NCBI GenBank assembly: GCA_963693055.1
Contig: OY843751.1
Location: 1,440,001 to 1,504,000, forward strand
Length of the DNA stretch: 64,000 bases
Direction of reading: 5' to 3'
DNA from: a bacterium
Lineage (GTDB): Bacteria; Zhuqueibacterota; Zhuqueibacteria; Residuimicrobiales; Krinioviventaceae
A model generated the notes under the pieces. It did no database searches. It had not been told where the DNA came from and saw only the letters and a list, made by a program, of their open reading frames with translations. Within the stretch, counting starts at the first letter, position 1, and each line of letters starts with the position of its first letter. Below are positions 35,544 through 45,344 of the stretch, in pieces. The position numbers and the translations under genes were made by a program.

Positions 35544-36328
35544 CGTAAACGTCCCCGTTCAAGTGTGGAAACCGTCAACAAATTGTCTTTGACGCCAATG
35601 TTGTACTCTATTTCCTGCATCTCCAAAATGGTTTTATGTTTTTCTTTGTGATTGTCCATATACCATTTGAAAATGGTCCATATACCATCCTTTTGACGGA
35701 TGTCCGGCAAAGTAAGGGTTTTCATCAGTTTTCCTTGTCTGTCATAGTATTCCACTTTGATGGCGACCACGGCGTCTTTTCTGATCCAGCGGAGCACTTT
35801 GGAATACATGTATGATTTGTCTTTGGGGGTAGATTCAACAAGCCAGCAGTCTTGCTCATCAATAGTTTCTTCTTTGAGCAGTATGTGATTGTCTTCATCA
35901 ACCGCACGGTCGCCCATATCGTCATAGGTAAAGTCGCTGCCCATAAAGTAATCGTTTTTGGACGATCCGGAAATACGGCGCACTTTTTTTAACGCAGGCA
36001 AATAGAGCCAGCGGTCATCATCTTTGGATGGATCATTGTATTCCCAGGACAAAAATCCACTGCCTTTGACGTCCGCAGGTTTTTGAAAATACATGATGCT
36101 TTTGGTGTCTTTACCGTAATCCTTGGAATATGACAGGATGGTCCGTTCGCGGGTTTTGCCGCGCTTGTTTTCCAGAATCATGTGCATGGTGGATTTGCGG
36201 TCGTCACCATTTGGCCGGTCATCAACCATTTGCATGATTTGTTGCCCGTTCAATCCAGTTTCTTGCGCCAAACCAAGGCATGTTGAGAATAATACCAGTA
36301 AAAACGATGTGAGTACTAGTCGTTTCAT
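35540..36328 (-). CDS. Outer-membrane lipoprotein-sorting (LolA-like) protein
   Basis: PADVKGSGFL...DDRWLYLPALKKVRRIS...FMGSDFTYDD signature. Confidence 0.88.
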   Translation of the reverse strand: MKRLVLTSFLLVLFSTCLGLAQETGLNGQQIMQMVDDRPNGDDRKSTMHMILENKRGKTRERTILSYSKDYGKDTKSIMYFQKPADVKGSGFLSWEYNDPSKDDDRWLYLPALKKVRRISGSSKNDYFMGSDFTYDDMGDRAVDEDNHILLKEETIDEQDCWLVESTPKDKSYMYSKVLRWIRKDAVVAIKVEYYDRQGKLMKTLTLPDIRQKDGIWTIFKWYMDNHKEKHKTILEMQEIEYNIGVKDNLLTVSTLERGRLR

Positions 36329-36342
36329 TTTTTTCTCCTTTT

Positions 36343-37272
36343 TTATACGTTAAAGCTGCCCATGAAAAAGGCAATGCCAAATAAAACCAAAAATAATGCG
36401 CCAATGGCAGACACCCATTGATAGATCTTGGTGTAACTTTTTGAGTCTATGGAGGTGATTTTTAGCACCAGCTGTTTTGAGAAAATGGCTATCAGGCCAA
36501 TGATGAAAATGGTGATGCCCATTCCCAGGATGATGAAAAAGACCGAGGCCAGCCCCACGTTGAACAGATTCATGGACGCCAGGTAGGTCACAATGATAAT
36601 GGTACCCGGACAGGGCACAATCCCGGTGCTTAGCACAAAGGGCAATGTCTGTTTCCATGAATTTTGCGGAATATCGTGTGAATGGGAATGAGAATGCTGC
36701 TTGCCGGCAAGAATTCTGTAAAATAGCCATGCGCCAATAAAAATCATGATCAGATAGCTGATTTGGGTCATGAGTACTGAAATGTTTGAATTTTCCCAGT
36801 ACATGGATGTAAACTTTTCAAGCACAAACAGAATGATTACCGCAACCAGCAAACCTGACATAGCGTGTACGGTTGCAATGGCATAGCTGATGAATACTGC
36901 CCTTTTGATGTTTGGCCGTTCGGTGAGGATGTATGAAAAGATAAAAATCTTGCCGTGTCCCGGTCCCATTGAATGGAGGATGCCGTAAATGAACGCCAGA
37001 AAGAAAAGAACCATTATGGCTTTGACGGATTCGGTACTTTTGTAATCTCTTGCCAGGCTGCTCAATTTGTGCTTGATGATGCGCTGGAATTCCGCGTTTT
37101 TCTTTATAAATTGGTTCAATAACGGAATCTGAAGACCAGAGTTTCTCTTTTTAACGGTTTGTTGAACCGTCACAGTATCCGCATTGTCATCCGGCGTTAA
37201 AAATGGATTGGTTTGAGCGGATACGGATTGAATAAATACAACAAAAAGAATATATAATAGGTAACGTTTCAT
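36343..37272 (-). CDS. Nickel/cobalt transporter (NicO/RcnA-like)
   Basis: YGILHSMGPGHGK, HSHSHSH loop and GIVPCPG motifs. Confidence 0.88.
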   Translation of the reverse strand: MKRYLLYILFVVFIQSVSAQTNPFLTPDDNADTVTVQQTVKKRNSGLQIPLLNQFIKKNAEFQRIIKHKLSSLARDYKSTESVKAIMVLFFLAFIYGILHSMGPGHGKIFIFSYILTERPNIKRAVFISYAIATVHAMSGLLVAVIILFVLEKFTSMYWENSNISVLMTQISYLIMIFIGAWLFYRILAGKQHSHSHSHDIPQNSWKQTLPFVLSTGIVPCPGTIIIVTYLASMNLFNVGLASVFFIILGMGITIFIIGLIAIFSKQLVLKITSIDSKSYTKIYQWVSAIGALFLVLFGIAFFMGSFNV

Positions 37273-37866
37273 CTACCTGCCTTTAATGTGTGCTACAAGT
37301 GCTTCGGGATGGATTTGACCCTGGTAAAATGTCTGGCTTTTGTCTTCACCAACAAGATGATTGATTGACCAGTTTTTTGCAGAGATAAATTCCACCGTCT
37401 CTTTGTTAATTGTAGTGGATAAAAAATAGTTGGGATCATAAGCTGATACTTTGATGAAATTGTCAACTTTGTTCAATTTGATCTTGGTATTGAGTGAAAA
37501 AGAGTAAACCAGTTGACCATCAACGACACTCGCTTTGAAATCTGACACTGAACCATGTTCAATATTTTTGTCTTCAAGTTGGACGAAAATGAAGTAACTA
37601 AATCTACGCAGGTTGACAAAGGCTTTGGTGTATAGCACAGATGATTCCTGTTCATCAAATATTTTGTTTTGATCAGTGTCAAATTCACTAATAAGACCCT
37701 GGCTGTACATTGGATCTAGCGTGTATTTTATCTTGAATCCATCTATGCCCTGCTCACAAAAAACCACACCAATGTCTACATTCATAAAGACATGGGGGTG
37801 ACTGTGACCCAAGGGCGCGGTGAACAGAACTGTTGAAATAGAGAGAAATAATATTTTTTTTAACAT
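37273..37866 (-). CDS. DUF1007-family periplasmic protein
   Basis: Signal peptide followed by HPHVF; YDPNYF; adjacent to the NicO-like gene as is usual for this family. Confidence 0.85.
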   Translation of the reverse strand: MLKKILFLSISTVLFTAPLGHSHPHVFMNVDIGVVFCEQGIDGFKIKYTLDPMYSQGLISEFDTDQNKIFDEQESSVLYTKAFVNLRRFSYFIFVQLEDKNIEHGSVSDFKASVVDGQLVYSFSLNTKIKLNKVDNFIKVSAYDPNYFLSTTINKETVEFISAKNWSINHLVGEDKSQTFYQGQIHPEALVAHIKGR

Positions 37867-37899
37867 GAGTGCAACCAGAATAATATCCTTTTATTCTAA

Positions 37900-40227
37900 T
37901 TAAATGTCGAATGATAATACTGTTTTGACATTCCTACCCATGGCTGGTATATAAGAGCCGTAGGGCAAATAGTCCAAATCAAAGATGTTTTTTACAACAA
38001 TACGTAATTTGGGACAGCCGGGTAATGAGTTTGAGTTCAAGGCCAGCATACAGTTGAACAGCAGGTGTTCGTCCGATGGCTCATAGCCCCAGGGACCACC
38101 GTCGCTGCCTTTCGGAATATCGGCAATACGGTCCTGTTTCGCGGCATATTCGGCTTGCAGTTTTATGGTGTAACCGGTCATCCAGTTGCAGTTTAACAGA
38201 CCGTGATATTTCAATTCACCGGTTAATTTGAGCGGCGGAATACCGAACAAGGGTGCGTCATCCTTTTCCGCTGCTTTATCAATACCGTAAACGTAAGCAC
38301 CGCCTAACCCAATGTAAAGATCACTCAGGGGGGTGTACACATGTTCAAAACGGTATGCCAGGGAAAACTCGCCACCGTAAATAGTAGCATCAGTGTTTTT
38401 ATAGGTAAAATCAACATCCGGAATATCATCCGCGGGCATTTCATTGATGTAATCATCCATGTCATTGTAAAACAGGGCAAAATCGTAACGCAGTTTTTCC
38501 CGGTTGGCCATACCGCGTAGACCAACATCCAGGTTCCAACTGTATTCGGGTTGCAGATCGGGATTCCCCAGTTTAGTGCCTTTGCAGCTTATCACCTCGG
38601 TAAACATTTCTTCGGCTGTGGGCATGCGGAATGCACGGCCCAGGTTAACTGACCAGTGCATATTTGCTGTCTGCGAATAGACGAAACCTGCGTTACCGCT
38701 GACTGCGTTACGTTCTTCCTTGCGTTCTGTTTTGTCAATGTACTCGCCTTCGTTAACTGTTGCCGCATCGTACCTTACGCCAGAGATCAGGCGAAAGCGG
38801 GGGCCAAGCTGCCATTCATCGCTCACAAACGCGCCAATGTTCATTTGGCCCGCGTCAATATAGCCGGGCAAATCTCCCGTTGTATTGTAATAGTAATCAA
38901 TCATTTCCGAGGGATTGTCCAGTTGAAAGGCATATCCGTCGATACCCGCGGTCAATTTGTTTGCCTGGTACAAGTTAAAGATGGTAAACAGTTGACCACC
39001 CCCATACTTGTCATCATAATGAACCAGTTCCAATGATGACAAGTTATTTGAAACCGTGCTGTACTTGTATTTGTAATAATCCCTGGTTCCCTGATCGTAA
39101 TAGAGGTTGAATTGTACAGTTTGTACAAAGCCGTCAAGAGTCCACGCATAGTTGATAGCGCTGTGCAGACGCTCTTCTTCATTGCGTATTTCGGTATACG
39201 CTTTGCTGGGTCCGTTGAATCCGCGCGGTTTACCCCAGTCGCCTTGGTGGCCATTAACTTCCAGCGTCACCTTTTGTTTTTCAGAAAAGCTGTAACCAGT
39301 TGTTAAAGACATGTCCTTGTCTTCAACATCGCTGTTTTCAGCATCCTCACCATTGCCATATACCAAGTCTCCTGTTTTTCTGTATTTACCGTTCAGAGAG
39401 ATTCCAAATTTGGGGTTTTGTTGACAAACGCGCACCACCTGTAAAAATTCATTGTTGTTGCTGCCGTAACCGGAAAGTGACTTTGCGGTTGTTCTTTTGG
39501 GTCCGAGTGGCGGTTTGTTGATGACGTTAATAATGCCCGAGATTGCGCCGCTGCCGTAAATGACCGATCCCGGGCCTTTGATGATCTCTACTTTTTGGGC
39601 GTCGTAAATGTTCATGTCTTGCGCAAAATATCCGCCGGGAAAAGTGCCAATACGACGGTTACCGTTTTGCATGACCACCAGGCGTTTGGAATTCATACCG
39701 CGCAGCAACAGGGGCGAGTGATACTCCCAAACCTGGGTGAATCCCGGGGTTGCGGCCAGCATGTCCGTCATGTTGGATTGCATCTGGTCAGAAATTTGCC
39801 GCCGTGTGATGACCGTTGCCGGTTTTGACAATTTATTAAGAGGCTGCTCATAAAGTGCGGCAGAAACAACAACATTGTGCATTTTTATGACTTTGGAGGT
39901 CATGAAAATGTTTAACGGTTTTTGGGACAGGGACTGGTCAACAACAATCTCTTTTTTGACATAACCGATATGCGAAAAAATGATTCGCGGTTTATGTGAG
40001 GTGGGGAACTCTAATCTAAAGTTTCCATCCTGGTCTGTTGTGGTTCCATGGGGACTGTTTTGGATAGAGATGTTTACTCTGCTAATGGATGTTTTGTTTT
40101 CGACATCCATAACCGTGCCCGTAACAGTAAATGTTTCCCGGGCAACACAAGGATTGTTTATAAGAACTGTGCAGAGTAGAACAGTTAGTGTCGATAATAG
40201 TTTTATCATTTTAATATTGTGTTTCAT
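37900..40227 (-). CDS. TonB-dependent receptor
   Basis: VEIIKGPGSVIYGSGAISGIINVI plug motif; GNPDLQPEYS; likely start 40227 (ORF track 40290). Confidence 0.92.
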   Translation of the reverse strand: MKHNIKMIKLLSTLTVLLCTVLINNPCVARETFTVTGTVMDVENKTSISRVNISIQNSPHGTTTDQDGNFRLEFPTSHKPRIIFSHIGYVKKEIVVDQSLSQKPLNIFMTSKVIKMHNVVVSAALYEQPLNKLSKPATVITRRQISDQMQSNMTDMLAATPGFTQVWEYHSPLLLRGMNSKRLVVMQNGNRRIGTFPGGYFAQDMNIYDAQKVEIIKGPGSVIYGSGAISGIINVINKPPLGPKRTTAKSLSGYGSNNNEFLQVVRVCQQNPKFGISLNGKYRKTGDLVYGNGEDAENSDVEDKDMSLTTGYSFSEKQKVTLEVNGHQGDWGKPRGFNGPSKAYTEIRNEEERLHSAINYAWTLDGFVQTVQFNLYYDQGTRDYYKYKYSTVSNNLSSLELVHYDDKYGGGQLFTIFNLYQANKLTAGIDGYAFQLDNPSEMIDYYYNTTGDLPGYIDAGQMNIGAFVSDEWQLGPRFRLISGVRYDAATVNEGEYIDKTERKEERNAVSGNAGFVYSQTANMHWSVNLGRAFRMPTAEEMFTEVISCKGTKLGNPDLQPEYSWNLDVGLRGMANREKLRYDFALFYNDMDDYINEMPADDIPDVDFTYKNTDATIYGGEFSLAYRFEHVYTPLSDLYIGLGGAYVYGIDKAAEKDDAPLFGIPPLKLTGELKYHGLLNCNWMTGYTIKLQAEYAAKQDRIADIPKGSDGGPWGYEPSDEHLLFNCMLALNSNSLPGCPKLRIVVKNIFDLDYLPYGSYIPAMGRNVKTVLSFDI

Positions 40228-40336
40228 TACCTGGCCTTTATTTATGTTGTAAATCTGCTCACATCTTGAAATTTGCATATTAAACCGCAACCACCGCCCG
40301 AAAATCAGGACTAAATGGTTGCGATTTCAGGAAGGA

Positions 40337-41029
40337 TTAGTCAAGAAAATCCCATTCAACTGCAATATATCCGGTTGAGGTTGGAGCAGGGTCAGCCGGA
40401 AAATCGGTAACAATCATTTTTATTTGACGGCCTTCACTGGTTTTGATGACCCAAACCAGTTCGTCACCTTCCACGTTATTGTTTGCTGTAGATTTGAATC
40501 GCAAACCAATAACCAGTTTTTTGTATTCGTTTTCCAAATCGCTTTTATAATGTTTGCCAGTGTTGCCGGTGGGCAGTGCATCCAGATCAAAACCGACGTC
40601 ATCAGATTGATATGTAAAAGATTGCAGGTTTGCTTCTGTGAGGTTTTGGAAAGCGGTATAACCAACGCAGTTGGTATCTATGCTGCTATAATTGATTGCC
40701 TGAACGTTATCTGCAAGTTTGAAAAAAGGCATACCAGCCAAAGTACCATCCGGCTTTTCACCTTTGATGGTGCGAATGATTGCATCTGCAGTAAAATCAA
40801 TGACACTCAAAGAGTCCATAAAGTTTGCGCCGCCTCTGTTACTATCATATTCAAAATCAAAACCAACACCGCCGGGATTTCTGTTGGCGCAGATCAGGTA
40901 GGGTGAACTTTTTGCTTCAAAGATTTCAGTATCAGTTCCTACGACGTTGTTGTCAGCATCATCCGAACAAGCAGAGAAGATGACAAGTAAGCCAATTAAC
41001 GCGATAGAGATCAGATGTTTCAGTTTCAT
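40337..41029 (-). CDS. Lipoprotein, HmuY-like metal/ligand-binding candidate
   Basis: Lipobox SAC; C-terminal VWVIKTSEGRQIKMIV resembles the HmuY-type end; lies upstream of a TonB receptor. Confidence 0.5.
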   Translation of the reverse strand: MKLKHLISIALIGLLVIFSACSDDADNNVVGTDTEIFEAKSSPYLICANRNPGGVGFDFEYDSNRGGANFMDSLSVIDFTADAIIRTIKGEKPDGTLAGMPFFKLADNVQAINYSSIDTNCVGYTAFQNLTEANLQSFTYQSDDVGFDLDALPTGNTGKHYKSDLENEYKKLVIGLRFKSTANNNVEGDELVWVIKTSEGRQIKMIVTDFPADPAPTSTGYIAVEWDFLD

Positions 41030-41050
41030 TTTTTAACTCCTGATTTTAGG

Positions 41051-41605
41051 TTAGTTTATTATTAAAAATAGTATTGGTATTAACACGCCTATACCTGTTA
41101 GCACAGCGCCCCTTCCTGTAATACTATTTTTCCCTTGATTTATAAAAAGACCGGTAAAGGCTATCAATATCAATGAAATACAAAACAGGTCAGAAAACCA
41201 TGTCCATACTTTGCCCGGATTGTAATGCAGAAAATTCACCTGGTGGAATATGGGGCGCCTTTTAATTTTTTCAAGCACACCCTGGCCCGTGACCAAATTC
41301 AGATCAATATTTCCGTTTTTAATAAAAATCTTTAATTGATCACCTTGCGGTTTATAAAATTTTTTGTAATTTTTCTTTTCACCATACAGGTCTAGAAATT
41401 CCAAAACCTGACCCTCTGTGATTGGATTGTCGTTTTGCAAGTATGGCCAAATCACATCCCGCGTTGTTATGTTGTAACTGGGATTCCAATCGTTTATGTG
41501 ATTGAGGGCAATCCCGGACAAGGCGTAAATTATGGTTAGACCGAAAAAAAAGTAGCCAAGATCACGATGCAGTACGCGGTTCCATTTTCTCCAATTTATT
41601 GTCAT
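41051..41605 (-). CDS. PepSY-associated TM helix protein
   Basis: WRKWNRVLHRDLGYFF..SGIALNH, NFLHYNPG..WTWFSD. Confidence 0.85.
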   Translation of the reverse strand: MTINWRKWNRVLHRDLGYFFFGLTIIYALSGIALNHINDWNPSYNITTRDVIWPYLQNDNPITEGQVLEFLDLYGEKKNYKKFYKPQGDQLKIFIKNGNIDLNLVTGQGVLEKIKRRPIFHQVNFLHYNPGKVWTWFSDLFCISLILIAFTGLFINQGKNSITGRGAVLTGIGVLIPILFLIIN

Positions 41606-41617
41606 AATAGTATACCG

Positions 41618-42175
41618 CTAGTTTAATTCTTCAAATGTTTCACATTCCATACTGTAAAATGAAATAAAGTCTTTATCGCTTTTTGCAAGCCGTTCACGAA
41701 ACATTTTAATTTGGTTAGAGGCGTTTTCGTGATGATCGTCAACCTCTCCTGCTGTCTGAGCATGGTCGTGCTCGTGACCTTCATGTGCCACCTCTGGTTC
41801 GTGCTCATTTTCAAGTTCACTTTCCCAGTTATCCAGGAATGCCTGATCCACTTTTTGTTCCTGGATTACGCCTGTGACTTGCACGTTGCTGCCTTCCAGT
41901 TCAATATCGAATGAACCGATTTTTTTTCCTGCGGTTATTTTAAACCGGGATTCCGGTTCATTACCAATGATAAACATCCGCTTGCCGCCATGTTTGCACA
42001 CATGAACAACAGTCCCCTTGACGGTTACGTTGGTCCCAACAAATTCTGCTGCATTGGTTACCAGGTTGTGTACAGTTTGCAGGGCAGCAGATTGCACTTT
42101 TTTTTCTTTTTGGGTACATGAAATAAAACTTGAAATCAGCATTAATCCGAGCACCATTCTTGAAATGTTTTTCAT
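41618..42175 (-). CDS. His-rich lipoprotein with OB-fold-like domain
   Basis: Lipobox FISC; VKGTVVHVCKHGGKRMF; HEGHEHDH tract. Confidence 0.7.
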   Translation of the reverse strand: MKNISRMVLGLMLISSFISCTQKEKKVQSAALQTVHNLVTNAAEFVGTNVTVKGTVVHVCKHGGKRMFIIGNEPESRFKITAGKKIGSFDIELEGSNVQVTGVIQEQKVDQAFLDNWESELENEHEPEVAHEGHEHDHAQTAGEVDDHHENASNQIKMFRERLAKSDKDFISFYSMECETFEELN

Positions 42176-42498
42176 TTTGCCTCTCTAGTTTTGTAAAGTT
42201 TATTTATTTGTAACTCTTTGTTGGTTGCGGTTTGAATCACCTGGAAAAAACAGGTGAAATCCTCGTTGGAGACATGCAGGTCAACTGCGCTAATAGATAT
42301 TTTCAAGATGTTTTTGGATTTATATTGATCTTCCATTGCCTCAAAATCATAAGCATGGCTTGCTATATCAAAAAGTGTGACTCTGCTCCCGTGCAGGGAG
42401 ACATTTTGATATAGCAAATGGAAATTGTTGCAACAATTATATTTCGTAACAGCGCAATTGTTTTTTTGAGCTAATATGACTTGGTCATGACTGGCCAT
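42172..42498 (-). CDS. Hypothetical protein
   Basis: GGAG RBS before the ATG; stop overlaps the next start; no recognisable motif. Confidence 0.35.
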   Translation of the reverse strand: MASHDQVILAQKNNCAVTKYNCCNNFHLLYQNVSLHGSRVTLFDIASHAYDFEAMEDQYKSKNILKISISAVDLHVSNEDFTCFFQVIQTATNKELQINKLYKTREAK

Positions 42499-42740
42499 GT
42501 ATACATCTCCATTATTATAGAATTTTACACAAATCTGTATTGGTGCCCAATCTCAATAATTAAGCGCAAGCAAAACCAGGTTCGCTAAACATGGATGAAA
42601 TGAACCAATAGAACCTGGTACAATGATAATTGCTGAACATGAATGCGTATTGCATTTTTGGGTATTCAGTTGGTTTTTGCAATAAATGCAAAACACCATA
42701 AATCATCACTTGCCAGTTTAACCAGAGATTGATTTTTAGA

Positions 42741-43127
42741 TTATGAAAATGTAAAAAATGGAGGGGCCCTTAAAGAGAAAAGGCCATTGATGTATTGATT
42801 GAAGAATTTGTTAAAATATAAAGGGGCATAATTTTTAAATTGCAAAATAATGCCAATTAAAAGGAGGATTAATACTGAAAAAGATAAAACGGAAGAGATG
42901 AAAAGAAACAAGAGTTCAAACTCTGAATGCGAATGGTTCAGTTTACCGGAATTTGCAGAATCCCCACCCGAATTCACCAGATGACTGTGGCAAATGAGTT
43001 GTCCATCGGGTAATACATGAATATGTATGAATGCAGAATTGAATCCTAAATGCAAAACAAAAGAAACAATAAAGATGAGAAACAGAAAGTTACTTTTGTT
43101 TCTTGTTTTTATATCTTGTTTTTTCAG
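42741..43127 (-). CDS. His-rich membrane leader peptide ending in LRAPP (DUF2946/CruR-like arrest-peptide candidate)
   Basis: TM - HIHVLPDGQLICHSH...HSHS - TM - LRAPPFFTFS*. The frame is open upstream of the TTG at 43055 to a possible CTG at 43127. Confidence 0.65.
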   Translation of the reverse strand: MKKQDIKTRNKSNFLFLIFIVSFVLHLGFNSAFIHIHVLPDGQLICHSHLVNSGGDSANSGKLNHSHSEFELLFLFISSVLSFSVLILLLIGIILQFKNYAPLYFNKFFNQYINGLFSLRAPPFFTFS

Positions 43128-43181
43128 TTTTTTAATACTCTTGTTTATTAATTAATATAGATTTTATGTATTTTATTTTGC

Positions 43182-43208
43182 ACATATAATTATTGTTTTA
43201 TATGTCAA
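43182..43208 (-). promoter_or_regulatory. Possible operator palindrome overlapping a -35 box
   Basis: ACATATAA-N8-TTATATGT dyad overlapping minus-strand TTGACA (43203-43208); no clear -10. Confidence 0.3.
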
Positions 43209-43366
43209 ACAATTTATTAATTTTTTCAATTTTATGCAAATACTTTTTTATAATAAATCATAAAAAAATGGCAGTTTGAAAATCGGTCAAAATTTTAAAA
43301 ATAGTTATTTACTGAAATGGCTTTTATGTTTTCTGAATTTCTTGTCACGTGTCCCCATAAAACAAC

Positions 43367-43391
43367 AAAAGCCCCTTAATAAAGGGGCTTT
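43367..43391 (-). terminator. Terminator downstream of tRNA-Arg
   Basis: AAAGCCCCTT / AAGGGGCTTT hairpin with flanking A/T tracts, ~16 nt past the CCA. Confidence 0.7.
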
Positions 43392-43407
43392 CAGTTATTG
43401 TTTTTAC

Positions 43408-43484
<77 letters not shown>

Positions 43485-43516
43485 AAGTTGTTTATTTTTT
43501 TGTGTTTATGCAATGC

Positions 43517-44563
43517 TTAATTTTCTTCATTTTTGTCGACTGCATCACCTTTTGCATCACCTTGTAATCTTTCACTTAATATTGATACAACTCTCGTTTT
43601 GTATTTACTGCTAACATGAGCATATCTTTCTACTAGCTTTAAATCACTCCATCGTCCTAACTCTTTTACAGTTAATAAATCAACTCCATTTCTGACCAAG
43701 ATAGTGGCAAAAGTATGCCGAAGGATGTGAGGCGTGCAATTTTTAATTGCAGCTTTTTTAATGATTCTGTTCCAAGCTTTTCTAATATCTTTATAAGGAT
43801 TTCCATCTGGTTTACTAATTACATATTCTGAAATTTGACTAAGACTTGACAGATGATTTGAAATAAACTCATTCATTGGGACGAGATCATCGCCTCCTTT
43901 TTTCGTGTCTCTTAATCTAATAAACGAGTCTTCAAAATTGACATCGTTCCATTTTAATGTTAACATTTCATGAGTTCGCAAACCAGCGTTTATTCCAAGT
44001 ATGACAAAGGTTTTAATTGCATTAGTGTCACAAGCATTTAATAATTTTATTGCTTCTTCTTCTGTTAAATAGAATAAAGCTTTTTGGGGCTCTTTATAAA
44101 ATTTAATTTTTTTAACAGGATTTTCTTCACAGTATCCATCTGTAATGGCATGATTAAATAAACTTTTTAAACATGCCATATCTCTATTAATTGTTGTTTT
44201 TGATACAACTTTGTTTCGTTGTCCACGATAATTTTCTATCTTTTTCCTGTCGATATCGCGAAGCTTGAAATTTCCAAAGAACGGTATCAGTTGATTTAAT
44301 GAGACCTGATATCTTCTGACACTTTTTTCTTTAAGATTATTATTTGCCCATTTTATAAAGAGCTTTGAATAATCTTTCATTAGAATTTGCTCATCTTTTT
44401 TAACTTGTTTATAAGTGCCTTCGTTGATTTGGGCCTTTATATTTTCAAGTTTTTTCTGAGCAACTCTCTTGTTCAAAGTTTTTGCGGACTTTGTATGAAT
44501 TTCACCATTATAAAAGAATCGCATCTGCCAATACTTTGAACCTGGGCGCTTAAAAACTCCCAT
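43517..44563 (-). CDS. int: Tyrosine recombinase / phage integrase
   Basis: N-terminal arm-binding domain; GLRTHE, TK, PHILRHTFAT, LGRW and ERYAH catalytic motifs. Confidence 0.93.
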   Translation of the reverse strand: MGVFKRPGSKYWQMRFFYNGEIHTKSAKTLNKRVAQKKLENIKAQINEGTYKQVKKDEQILMKDYSKLFIKWANNNLKEKSVRRYQVSLNQLIPFFGNFKLRDIDRKKIENYRGQRNKVVSKTTINRDMACLKSLFNHAITDGYCEENPVKKIKFYKEPQKALFYLTEEEAIKLLNACDTNAIKTFVILGINAGLRTHEMLTLKWNDVNFEDSFIRLRDTKKGGDDLVPMNEFISNHLSSLSQISEYVISKPDGNPYKDIRKAWNRIIKKAAIKNCTPHILRHTFATILVRNGVDLLTVKELGRWSDLKLVERYAHVSSKYKTRVVSILSERLQGDAKGDAVDKNEEN

Positions 44564-44640
44564 GTTTAGCCTCCTAAAATAATAAACTTTTAAATTTTAT
44601 TCAAGCATTTATTTTCTTATACCAAAATTATATTTAATAA

Positions 44641-45291
44641 CTAAAGTTTGTCTGGATCAAATCCTTTTGATATTAACCATTCATCGATTTGACTTTTATT
44701 AAATTTAAGCCCCGCCTCATTTGTATGCGGAATTTTTCCTTTTGAAGTATAATTGTAGATGGTTCCTATTGATAGATTGGTATATTGAGCGACTTCTTTA
44801 ACAGTCATCCAGGTTTTGTTGTCGAGCGAGTGATTGTCTCTAATTTTTTTATTCATATACGTTTGAATAATTTTATCCATATTATCATGATTGGGATGCA
44901 ATATTTCCTCAATCCACATCGCATAGGGGTACCAAAAGAAATCATAATCTTTGTTGCCAATGATTTTCATTTTTTCATTATTGTCTAACTGCCAGAAGCA
45001 TTGGGACCAAAACAAAGAATCTACATCGATGAAGGATGAATTAATTTTTTGTATTTTTTTATAAATCAAAGATTTTTGTGCTTTCTGTCTAATAAAGGAT
45101 TTCAACAAGTGAAAAAATATCAAATCTATAAAGAGGTTGTAAGAAGATAGTTGATAACTGGCTTTGTTTTGAAAGATTTGTTTTAAAAAAATTTCTGTTT
45201 TTGTGATATCATTTACTATGGCATCTGCAGATACTGATCCCCCTAGATTCAGTACTTTTATTCTGTTCATAAGATATTTTTCTTCAAACAT
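44641..45291 (-). CDS. Excisionase-like HTH_17 protein with long unknown N-terminal domain
   Basis: C-terminal WMTVKEVAQYTNLSIGTIYNYTSKGKIPH...LKFNKSQIDEWL. Confidence 0.75.
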   Translation of the reverse strand: MFEEKYLMNRIKVLNLGGSVSADAIVNDITKTEIFLKQIFQNKASYQLSSYNLFIDLIFFHLLKSFIRQKAQKSLIYKKIQKINSSFIDVDSLFWSQCFWQLDNNEKMKIIGNKDYDFFWYPYAMWIEEILHPNHDNMDKIIQTYMNKKIRDNHSLDNKTWMTVKEVAQYTNLSIGTIYNYTSKGKIPHTNEAGLKFNKSQIDEWLISKGFDPDKL

Positions 45292-45306
45292 AGATATCCT
45301 TTCATT

Positions 45307-45338
45307 AAAAACAAAGCCCGATAGAAACTACCGGGCTT
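45307..45338 (-). terminator. Terminator after the SDH-like gene pair
   Basis: AAGCCCG...CGGGCTT hairpin followed by TGTTTTT on the minus strand. Confidence 0.65.
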
Positions 45339-45344
45339 GAATTA

